This document shows positions 1 through 7,335 of a stretch of DNA of 64,000 nucleotides, one piece after another. The notes beneath the pieces were generated by a model. The model saw nothing but the letters and a program-made list of their open reading frames with translations, was not told the origin of the DNA and ran no database searches. Source of the DNA: Phycisphaerae bacterium (GTDB lineage Bacteria; Planctomycetota; Phycisphaerae; Sedimentisphaerales; Anaerohalosphaeraceae); the NCBI GenBank assembly GCA_033809355.1, contig JAPXLV010000001.1:58295-122294 (forward strand). Direction: 5' to 3'. The position numbers and the translations under genes are program-made. How positions within the stretch are numbered: position 1 is the first letter of the stretch; every line of letters begins with the position of its first letter.

Positions 1-120
1 GCAGCAGACGTTCAGCAGCGTTGTTTTGCCGGCGCCGTTGGGGCCGATTAGATTGATCATTTGCCCGGTGTCTATGCTCAACCGGTCGATGTCGAGGACT
101 CGCCGACCCGATCGCGTCAT
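1..120 (-). CDS. ABC transporter ATP-binding protein, N-terminal fragment (gene continues past window start)
   Basis: My reverse-complement translation from the ATG at 120 gives MTRSGRRVLDIDRLSIDTGQMINLIGPNGAGKTTLLNVCC, with Walker A GPNGAGKT. It starts 35 nt downstream of the binding-protein gene on the same strand. Confidence 0.7.
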   Translation of the reverse strand, partial: MTRSGRRVLDIDRLSIDTGQMINLIGPNGAGKTTLLNVCC

Positions 121-155
121 GCTCACATTCGACAAGCTGATCGAGACCCCCCCGT

Positions 156-998
156 TCATTGGAGCGCCTCAGCCAGTCGGGCCAGATTGTTGCGGACCAG
201 TTCATCAAAGGCCGGTACGGCGTCGGTGAAGGCTGGGCTGTGCGGGAAATTGCTGAACACCGCTGCCGGCGCCTCAAGCCGGTCAGCCAAGGCGTGGGCA
301 AGCCGGGTACCTTCCTGTTGATTGGCAATGATGCAGCGGACATCGCGCCCCTGGGCGGCGCTAAGGGCGGCGTTGATGTTGGCGGCGGTTTCGATGTCCC
401 CGCCGGAAAAGGACGCAACCGAGTTTAGCCCCAGCCATTGGGCAAAGACCGCTTGATGGCGGCTGGTCAGCACGGCCGCTCCGCGAAGGCCACGGCTGTC
501 GATAAAGGCGGCGCATTCGGCCTCAAGGGCCTCCATTCGCTTGGCAATCTGTTCAAGACGTTTTCGAAAAGTCGCCTCGCGGTGGGGGTATTCGGCGATG
601 AGTATTTCGGCGGTTTGCTGTGCCATTGCCAGATAGGTCCGCGGGACACACATCCCGGGCGGGACGACCAGGGTCGCAAGGTGCGGTCCGCGGCCGTTGT
701 CGGGTAAAATCGTACCGATACTCTCCTGAAAATCGAACGCCAGCAGCAGTCGACAATGATGCAGACGACGCATATCGGCCGGAGTGATGTCAAAATGCCC
801 CGGGCACATCCCCGGCGGCACGACACTAAAGACCGCTGTTTCGTCGCCGCACACGTCTTGCACAATCGCAAGCAGATAGGAATTGGTCACGGCAATTTCG
901 ACCGCAGGCGTATCGGGTGCCTGGCCGCAGCCGTTGATAAGCCACCCCAGCACTGCTGCTATCGAGCCTGCCCAAAGCCCTCGTCCACGCAAGCTCAT
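156..998 (-). CDS. Metal ABC transporter substrate-binding protein, TroA/ZnuA-like (cluster A-I), probable lipoprotein
   Basis: 280-aa ORF with a signal-like N-terminus ending INGC. Overall pattern resembles the ZnuA/TroA family (VPPGMCPGHFDITPAD ... IIANQQEG). It sits next to an ABC ATPase gene. Confidence 0.75.
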   Translation of the reverse strand: MSLRGRGLWAGSIAAVLGWLINGCGQAPDTPAVEIAVTNSYLLAIVQDVCGDETAVFSVVPPGMCPGHFDITPADMRRLHHCRLLLAFDFQESIGTILPDNGRGPHLATLVVPPGMCVPRTYLAMAQQTAEILIAEYPHREATFRKRLEQIAKRMEALEAECAAFIDSRGLRGAAVLTSRHQAVFAQWLGLNSVASFSGGDIETAANINAALSAAQGRDVRCIIANQQEGTRLAHALADRLEAPAAVFSNFPHSPAFTDAVPAFDELVRNNLARLAEALQ

Positions 999-1684
999 CG
1001 ATGGCCCTCAAACGATCCGATTTCGTTGCCGTTTTTCAGCCGCATCCGCACAATGAACCCCTGTTTTTGTTCGGGATTGAACCATGTTTGCCGCGGCACC
1101 GGGTAGCGATTGGCAAAGTGCTGTCGAACCTGTTGGGGGTCAAACTTCGGGCCGACACTAAACAGCGTCCACTGAACCGGCGAGGTGTCCGGTTCGCTGT
1201 ACCATTGACCCCGTTCTTCCTCGATGGTGCTGCAGGCCGGGAACCCGTCGGGCACCCAGAGCCGTGAGCGAATGGAGGGATGAATCCTGCCGCGGTCGCG
1301 AATGACCTGGCCGACGCTGCGGTACTTATAGGTGCGACCGGGATGAAAGCGGTCTTCCATCAATGCGGCCATCGGGTCGGTCGGGTCCGTGCCCGGCAGA
1401 TAATGCTCTGCTGTTAGCTCGTCAGGAAGTTGAAACAAATGTTCATCGAGCGAGCCGGTTTGGCAATCTTCCCGCGTGGGCGGACAGGTGTTGTGATCCA
1501 GATGGTAGGCGTTCAGGGCCAGGGCAATCTGCCGCAGATCGGCGTTGACCGCGACAAGGGTCGCCTGCTGACTGGCCCGTCGCAGCGCCGGCGTTACAAT
1601 GGCCAGCAGCGTTGCGACAATCGCAATCACGACCAGTAGTTCTATCAGAGTAAACGCCTTGGTTTTTGGATTTCTCATTCGCAT
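995..1684 (-). CDS. Prepilin-type N-terminal cleavage/methylation domain protein (pseudopilin-like)
   Basis: N-terminus MRMRNPKTKAFTLIELLVVIAIVATLLAIV is the classical prepilin methylation motif plus hydrophobic helix. The stop overlaps the downstream start as ATGA (995..998). Confidence 0.8.
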   Translation of the reverse strand: MRMRNPKTKAFTLIELLVVIAIVATLLAIVTPALRRASQQATLVAVNADLRQIALALNAYHLDHNTCPPTREDCQTGSLDEHLFQLPDELTAEHYLPGTDPTDPMAALMEDRFHPGRTYKYRSVGQVIRDRGRIHPSIRSRLWVPDGFPACSTIEEERGQWYSEPDTSPVQWTLFSVGPKFDPQQVRQHFANRYPVPRQTWFNPEQKQGFIVRMRLKNGNEIGSFEGHR

Positions 1685-2718
1685 TCGTTCGCAACCGGCC
1701 GCTGCGCCAGACCGGCCCTTTCGGCCAGCCAGAAGGACGCCGCCTCGGCCAGATCGACCAGATCGACCCTGTAATCGCCGTTGATATCGCCGGGCAGGTT
1801 GCCGCGCGGCCGTCCGCGGTCGGTTAAGACCTGTCCGTTGCCGTCGTAGTTGACCACCCAGATATGATACCCGTCAATGCAGGGAAAATACAGGGTACTT
1901 TCCTGATTCAGTATGCCGATTACATCTATCGGCCCGTCGGGACAGGCGTAGCGTGAAAAGCCCTGTCCGATGCCCAGTTTTACCGGAAACGTCAGGCCGT
2001 TTTCGTCGGTGACCGTGATTTGGCTGTTCGGGGTCCAGTTTTCCGGATCGGCAATCGTGACATTATTCAGCCGCACACGCCGTCCTTGATAATACTCCGG
2101 CCCGGCCAATCGGTTCGGATCGAAAATAAAACGGTCGGATTCATCTTTTAGCAGGTCAACCGTAATTTCTTCCGGCGCCGGCAGGCCGACAGCCGGTTGA
2201 AGCAGTTCAATGGCAAAGTCGAATTGTGGATCTTTTTCGTGCAGTTCATTGATGTTAATCTTGCCTTTGAAAAATTTATAATAGCCCGTAACTTTTACAC
2301 GATCGCCGGCCTGAAAGACATAGCCGCTGATTGGGTCGCGATTGATGCGGTACAGTTCCTCTGTCAATTGGGCGTCGGTGTAATCGTCGGAACTGGAGAC
2401 GTTGCTGTAATTTTGTCCGAACCAGACGGCGGTGCCGGCAGGGTCGGGTTGGCCGTTGGGGTCGGTTTCGCCCTGGATGAAGATTTGCCACTGGCCGCCC
2501 ATTCCTACGGCTGACGGTGTGGGATCGAGCATCTCTTCGGGATTGTTCAAAAGGATGCCGGTGATAATCACTTTGTCTGTGGCGGTGTAGGTGCCAATGC
2601 CGTTGTGATCGACCGCCTGAAGCTGCCGATGTGTGACCTCGGCAACAGTCGGATTTGCGGCCGCCTGAAGAGAAATAATGGACAAAATAATTCCTGAAAT
2701 AACCGTGATTCTTTTCAT
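1675..2718 (-). CDS. Secreted protein with repeated beta-rich (OB-like) segments and one C-terminal dockerin/EF-hand-like Ca-binding loop; function unknown
   Basis: Signal peptide MKRITVISGIILSIISLQAAA. C-terminal GDINGDYRVDLVDLAEAASFWL matches a DxNxDxxxDxxD loop. GC3-rich codon usage. Overlaps the next gene by 10 nt. Confidence 0.6.
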   Translation of the reverse strand: MKRITVISGIILSIISLQAAANPTVAEVTHRQLQAVDHNGIGTYTATDKVIITGILLNNPEEMLDPTPSAVGMGGQWQIFIQGETDPNGQPDPAGTAVWFGQNYSNVSSSDDYTDAQLTEELYRINRDPISGYVFQAGDRVKVTGYYKFFKGKININELHEKDPQFDFAIELLQPAVGLPAPEEITVDLLKDESDRFIFDPNRLAGPEYYQGRRVRLNNVTIADPENWTPNSQITVTDENGLTFPVKLGIGQGFSRYACPDGPIDVIGILNQESTLYFPCIDGYHIWVVNYDGNGQVLTDRGRPRGNLPGDINGDYRVDLVDLAEAASFWLAERAGLAQRPVANECE

Positions 2719-2919
2719 ACGCCGCCCCGCCTTTCCGATAACAAAAGGGTTGTCTTATCGCGCATACGTTTTTTGATTTTTTGCTACGTTCAACCATAAA
2801 GCCCCAAGCCTGCCTTGTCAAGCCGTTTTGTGTATTATTTATGCATTTTTAATCCCCTACCCTCCTCCCCAGCCCTCATTGTCCTCCCCAGCCCCCAGTG
2901 TCCTCCGCAGCGTCCTCTA

Positions 2920-3056
2920 TCATCCCGACGTCCCACCCTGTCATCCCGACACCCCATCCTATCATCCCGACGTCCCACCCTGTCATCCCGACACCCCATC
3001 CTGTCATCCCGACGCCCCATCCTGTCATCCCGACGTCCCACCCTGTCATCCCGAGC
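2920..3056. repeat. 21-bp tandem repeat, 6 full units plus a partial seventh
   Basis: Counted directly. Units start at 2920, 2941, 2962, 2983, 3004 and 3025, alternating TCATCCCGACGTCCCACCCTG and TCATCCCGACACCCCATCCTR. A partial unit at 3046 runs into GAGCGCAGCGAGGGATCT. Confidence 0.95.
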
Positions 3057-3240
3057 GCAGCGAGGGATCTATCAAAACACCCTCATTTCCATTCATCCCC
3101 AGTCTCTCCCATCATTACCGACACACAGCCGGGAATCTCTCTTTGACCCCGGAAGGGCGTCAAGTCCTATAGCTGTGGTCGTAAGGCCACGGACAGCCAG
3201 CGCAAAACTCAGAATTCGCAATTTTGCTTTCGAAAATCGG

Positions 3241-3269
3241 TTTACAACATGTCCTGCACGCCCCATAAT
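3241..3269 (+). promoter_or_regulatory. Candidate sigma70-type promoter for nikR
   Basis: TTTACA (3241..3246), 17-nt spacer, CATAAT (3264..3269), about 75 nt upstream of the nikR ATG. Found by eye only. Confidence 0.35.
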
Positions 3270-3342
3270 ACTCTCCCAGTGGCTCTAAATGACAGGATCG
3301 GTGTGGGTTGAAAAGGGTTAACCTTCTATTAAACAGGATGTT

Positions 3343-3759
3343 ATGAGTAAAGTGGAACGAGTGGGCGTCTCGCTGGACAAGCCGTTGCTGGCCGAGTTTG
3401 ATCAATTGATACACGCCAAAGGCTACGCGAACCGCTCCGAGGCGATTCGGGATTTAATCCGGCTGGCCCTCAGCGGCGCGGCGTTGGAATCGCCGGGAGC
3501 GTATGGCTTCGGGGGGGTGTTTTTGGTGTATGACCATCACGCCTCGAAGTTGGCCGAGCAGTTGATTCAGCTGCAGCACACACATTTGCTGGAGGTCATC
3601 GCCTCGGTCCACGTTCATTTGGATCATCATCATTGTCTTGAGGTGATTATTCTCAAAGGCCAGGTGCAGGAAATCCGAAAATTGGCGGATAAAATGACCA
3701 GCCTAAAGGGGGTTAAACTGGGCAAATTGACGCTTGTGCCGGTAATGGATGGGCAATGA
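3343..3759 (+). CDS. nikR: Nickel-responsive transcriptional regulator NikR
   Basis: N-terminal ribbon-helix-helix region (VERVGVSLDKPLLAEFDQLIHAKGYANRSEAIRDLIR). C-terminal metal-site signature VHVHLDHHHCLEVIILKG matches the H-x-H-x5-C Ni site of NikR. Confidence 0.85.
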   Translation: MSKVERVGVSLDKPLLAEFDQLIHAKGYANRSEAIRDLIRLALSGAALESPGAYGFGGVFLVYDHHASKLAEQLIQLQHTHLLEVIASVHVHLDHHHCLEVIILKGQVQEIRKLADKMTSLKGVKLGKLTLVPVMDGQ

Positions 3760-3777
3760 CCCAAAACAGGCAGAACG

Positions 3778-5142
3778 ATGAACGACACAACCCGACATTT
3801 GATTGAATTGGACAAACAGTATCTTTGGCATCCATTTACCCAGATGGCCGACTGGTTTGAGGACGAGCCGGTCGTGATCGATCGCGGGGAGGGGTTCTAT
3901 TTGATCGACACCGAAGGCCGACGCTATATCGACGGCGTCAGCAGTCTGTGGTGCAATGTGCACGGCCATCGGGTTGCGGCGATAGACCAGGCCATTCGTG
4001 ACCAACTGAACAGGATTGCCCACAGTACGCTGCTGGGGCTGGCCCAGACGCGAGCGGTCGAACTGGCCGAGCGACTTGTGCAGATCGCCCCGTCGGGGCT
4101 GGGCAAGGTCTTTTACTCCGACAGCGGCGCGACCAGTGTTGAGATTGCCCTGAAAATCGCCTATCAATTTTGGCAGAATATCGGCCACTCAGGACGCACG
4201 CGGTTTGTCGCCGTGCGCGAGGCCTATCACGGCGACACAGTCGGGTCGGTCAGCGTCGGCGGGGTGGACTTGTACCACGGCATTTTCAAATCATTGCTGT
4301 TTGAGACGCACTTTGTGCCCAGCCCGCATCCGTATCGCTTTGACGGCACGCCCGAGCAGTGCACCGCGCACAGTCTCGACATTGCCGAATCTCTGCTCAA
4401 AGCGCATTCGGGCCGGATAGCCGCGATCGTTACCGAGCCGCTGGTACAGGGTGCGGCCGGCATTTTGGTGCATCCAAAGGGATTCTTGAAAGGTCTTGAG
4501 CGTTTGGCACGACAGTATGATGTGCTGTTGATTGTCGATGAGGTGGCGACTGGTTTTGGCCGAACAGGCACAATGTTCGCCTGTGAACAGGAGCAGGTCA
4601 GGCCGGATTTGATGTGCCTGGCCAAGGGTATTACCGGCGGGTATTTGCCGCTGGCGGCGACCTTGGCCACGCAGCGAATTTTTGATGCGTTTGTCGGTAA
4701 GGGCGACATCTACAAGACCTTTTACCACGGCCATACCTATACCGGCAACGCCCTGGGCTGCGCAGCGGCTATTGCGAGTCTGGAGTTGTTTGAGCAACAC
4801 CGCATTCTTGCTTCGCTGCCGGAAAAGAGTGCCCTGATCGCGGCAGCCTTTGAGCGGTTTGCTGCCCTGCCGTATGTCGGCGATGCGCGGCAGTGCGGCC
4901 TGATGTGTGGCATCGAGTTGGTGCAAGACAAGGCGACCAAACAGCCGTTCGACTACCGCCGTAAAGTCGGCGCGAAAGTTTGTGCCGCGATGCGTCCCAA
5001 AGGGGCTATGATGCGGCCGCTGGGCGATGTGGTTGTTCTGATGCCTCCGCCGGCGATGGATGTGCCGACACTCAAGCGATTGCTGGAGATTGTCGAAGAG
5101 ACGTTAACGAATGACCTGCCGAGCTTGGCCCAAGGGTCCTGA
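3778..5142 (+). CDS. bioA: Adenosylmethionine-8-amino-7-oxononanoate aminotransferase
   Basis: 454 aa. Has YLWHPFTQM near the N-terminus and the class-III aminotransferase motif LIVDEVATGFGRTG. Length and pattern are typical of BioA. Confidence 0.85.
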   Translation: MNDTTRHLIELDKQYLWHPFTQMADWFEDEPVVIDRGEGFYLIDTEGRRYIDGVSSLWCNVHGHRVAAIDQAIRDQLNRIAHSTLLGLAQTRAVELAERLVQIAPSGLGKVFYSDSGATSVEIALKIAYQFWQNIGHSGRTRFVAVREAYHGDTVGSVSVGGVDLYHGIFKSLLFETHFVPSPHPYRFDGTPEQCTAHSLDIAESLLKAHSGRIAAIVTEPLVQGAAGILVHPKGFLKGLERLARQYDVLLIVDEVATGFGRTGTMFACEQEQVRPDLMCLAKGITGGYLPLAATLATQRIFDAFVGKGDIYKTFYHGHTYTGNALGCAAAIASLELFEQHRILASLPEKSALIAAAFERFAALPYVGDARQCGLMCGIELVQDKATKQPFDYRRKVGAKVCAAMRPKGAMMRPLGDVVVLMPPPAMDVPTLKRLLEIVEETLTNDLPSLAQGS

Positions 5143-5151
5143 ACGAAACGA

Positions 5152-5179
5152 TTGAGTGTGGCGTCAAATCGGCTATAAT
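5152..5179 (+). promoter_or_regulatory. Candidate sigma70-type promoter for glyQS
   Basis: TTGAGT (5152..5157), 16-nt spacer, TATAAT (5174..5179). Implies a leader of roughly 165 nt. Confidence 0.4.
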
Positions 5180-5349
5180 GGAAGTATGGCCGTGTGGAAA
5201 TGGACTGAAAACGGCCCTCCTCGGCGTTGAATCGCCCTTTTGAAACGGCCTTGCTGGAAGGGGGGCGGCGCAGATGGGCGAGGCGGCCTGAGACAAACGT
5301 TTTTGAACTCTGAGAAAACAGAATGTAATTTGATGACAGGAAAGCGGTT

Positions 5350-6822
5350 ATGGCGAAATTGACCCGGCTGGATGATATTGTGTCGCTGTGCAAGCGGCGG
5401 GGATTTATTTTTCAATCGAGCGAGATTTACGGCGGACTGGCGGCCTGCTATGATTACGGGCCGTTGGGGGTCGAGTTGAAGCGCAACGTGCGGGCCGCAT
5501 GGTGGAAGGCGGTCGTGCAGACGCGCGATGACGTGCTGGGGCTGGATTGTGCGATTTTGATGCACCCGATGGTGTGGAAGGCCTCCGGTCATGCCGACAA
5601 ATTCGCCGATTTGGTGACCGTCTGCACACAGTGCAACACGCGAACCCGCGTCGATCATCTGGCCGACGGCAGCGCGGCTCAAGAACACATCGAACACGTC
5701 GATATTGACATTGAGGCCGGCAAGGAACATAACCTGAGCAATAAAGTCTGTCCGGCTTGCGGCGCGGTGGGGCAGTTTACCAAACCAATGGCGTTTCGGC
5801 TGATGTTCGAAACCCAGATGGGCGCCAATGCCGACGACACGATGAAGGTGTTCCTCAGGCCGGAAACAGCCCAGGGGATTTTTGTAAACTTTCGCAATGT
5901 GCTCGATTCGTCGCGCGTCAAGATTCCCTTCGGCATCGCCCAGATTGGCAAATCTTTCCGCAACGAGGTTACGACCAAGGCGTTTATCTTCCGCACGCGG
6001 GAATTTGAACAGGCCGAGTTGGAGTTTTTCTGCAAGCCCGGCACCGATGAGGAGTGGTATGCCCATTGGAAAGAACAGCGGTTTAACTGGTATCTGAATC
6101 TGGGGATTAAAAAGGAGAACCTGCGATTCCGCGACCACGAACCGGATGAGCTGGCCCACTACGCCAAGGCGTGTGTGGATGTGGAATACAAATTCCCCTT
6201 CGGCTCGGGCGACTGGCAGGAGCTGGAAGGCATTGCCAATCGCACAGATTTCGACCTGCGCCAGCATCAGCGCGGCATACGGACGATGAATGACTGGTAT
6301 GCGCAAAAAGGCGATCTGAGCAAGATTACGCTCCGCGAAGAAGCGGAGGACTACTTCAAAGGCCCGTTGTCGTATTTTGATGAAGAAACACGGCAGCGGT
6401 ATATCCCGTACGTGATTGAGCCCTCGGCCGGTGTAGATCGCAGTACCCTGGCGTTCCTGGTCGATGCCTATGATGAGGATGAGGTCAACGGCGAGACGCG
6501 AAATGTGCTGCGGTTTCATCCGCACCTGGCACCGATCAAGGCGGCGATCTTTCCGCTGGTCAAAAAAGACGGCCTGCCGGAGATCGCGCGGAATCTGTAC
6601 AATGACCTCAAGACGCAATTTCAGTGCTTTTATGATGAAAAGGGTGCCATCGGTCGTCGCTATCGCCGTCAGGACGAGGCAGGGACGCCCTATTGCATGA
6701 CCATTGATGGCCAGACCAAAGAGGACGGCACAGTCACCGTGCGGGATCGCGACAGCTTGCAGCAAACCCGTATGCCGCTGGATCAGGTAAAAAACTTTCT
6801 GCGGGACAAGCTGGAACTGTAA
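5350..6822 (+). CDS. glyQS: Glycine--tRNA ligase (dimeric class II type)
   Basis: 490 aa. N-terminus LCKRRGFIFQSSEIYGGLAACYDYGPLG, a Cys-x2-Cys ... Cys-x2-Cys insertion, and GKSFRNE are all typical of GlyQS. Confidence 0.95.
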   Translation: MAKLTRLDDIVSLCKRRGFIFQSSEIYGGLAACYDYGPLGVELKRNVRAAWWKAVVQTRDDVLGLDCAILMHPMVWKASGHADKFADLVTVCTQCNTRTRVDHLADGSAAQEHIEHVDIDIEAGKEHNLSNKVCPACGAVGQFTKPMAFRLMFETQMGANADDTMKVFLRPETAQGIFVNFRNVLDSSRVKIPFGIAQIGKSFRNEVTTKAFIFRTREFEQAELEFFCKPGTDEEWYAHWKEQRFNWYLNLGIKKENLRFRDHEPDELAHYAKACVDVEYKFPFGSGDWQELEGIANRTDFDLRQHQRGIRTMNDWYAQKGDLSKITLREEAEDYFKGPLSYFDEETRQRYIPYVIEPSAGVDRSTLAFLVDAYDEDEVNGETRNVLRFHPHLAPIKAAIFPLVKKDGLPEIARNLYNDLKTQFQCFYDEKGAIGRRYRRQDEAGTPYCMTIDGQTKEDGTVTVRDRDSLQQTRMPLDQVKNFLRDKLEL

Positions 6823-6857
6823 GCAGAGCCGGCGATTTTGGAAAGCACACCGCTTCG

Positions 6858-7316
6858 ATGATACTGGATCAGATAGACAATGCGGCCAGGTACCACAGGG
6901 TGGGACAATCCCTTGCAGAAGGATTGGCGCTGCTGGCCGATGAGCAGGTTACAACGGCCGGACCGGGGCGGTACAGCGTGCGGGGCGATGAGCTGTTTTA
7001 CGTGATTGAAGAATACCGCACCAAACCTGTCGCCGAGGGGCGATTTGAAGTGCATCGGCGGTATCTGGACATACAGGCGGTTCTGGTCGGGGCCGAATGC
7101 ATCGGTTATACCGCGCCGCTGGGGCTGATTGAGACCGAGCCTTATAACAGCAGTAAGGATATCGCGTTTTATCAGCGGCCGCCGAAGTATAGCCGTCTGA
7201 TAATAACGCCCGGTGTGTTTGCTGTATTTTGGCCTGGCCAGCCGCATATGCCAGCCTTGGCAATCGAGGCTGCCGCCGCGGTAAAGAAAATCGTCGTCAA
7301 GATTCGGATGGAATGA
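6858..7316 (+). CDS. YhcH/YjgK/YiaL (DUF386) family protein
   Basis: 152 aa. Starts MILDQIDNAARY and contains EVHRRYLDIQAVLVGAE, the family-typical pattern. Confidence 0.7.
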   Translation: MILDQIDNAARYHRVGQSLAEGLALLADEQVTTAGPGRYSVRGDELFYVIEEYRTKPVAEGRFEVHRRYLDIQAVLVGAECIGYTAPLGLIETEPYNSSKDIAFYQRPPKYSRLIITPGVFAVFWPGQPHMPALAIEAAAAVKKIVVKIRME

Positions 7317-7335
7317 CGATCGCAATCGGAGCATC

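Noticed and set aside
2920-3056. Possible CRISPR array.
   Set aside because: The units are directly abutting 21-mers with no spacers. No cas genes are present and no repeat palindrome.
2815-3288. Three overlapping ORFs across the tandem array (HPVIPTS/HPERSEGS/SSRAQRGI-type repeats), plus a minus-strand ORF at 2835..3041.
   Set aside because: They are simply the six-frame readout of the 21-bp repeat. There is no SD or credible start, and all frames are open at once. I treat it as non-coding repeat DNA.
2719-3342. NikR operator in the nikR divergent spacer.
   Set aside because: I found neither the E. coli-type GTATGA-N16-TCATAC box nor a GTGTTAC/GTAACAC-type box by eye. Absence is not proven without a matrix scan.
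5180-5349. T-box riboswitch upstream of glyQS.
   Set aside because: No T-box consensus (GGGTGGTACCGCG-like) or specifier-loop architecture is visible.
5173-6765. 530-aa ORF antisense to glyQS. Similar long shadow ORFs: 12371..13396, 18318..19703, 21122..22249, 25413..26231, 31455..32711, 40640..41998, 51104..52156, 54141..55007, 55740..56573, 56617..57537, 58237..59130, 60807..61469, 62494..63381.
   Set aside because: Each lies opposite a gene with unmistakable family motifs. Their products are Arg/Pro/Gly/His-rich low-complexity strings with no recognisable motifs. Long antisense ORFs are expected in GC-rich DNA.
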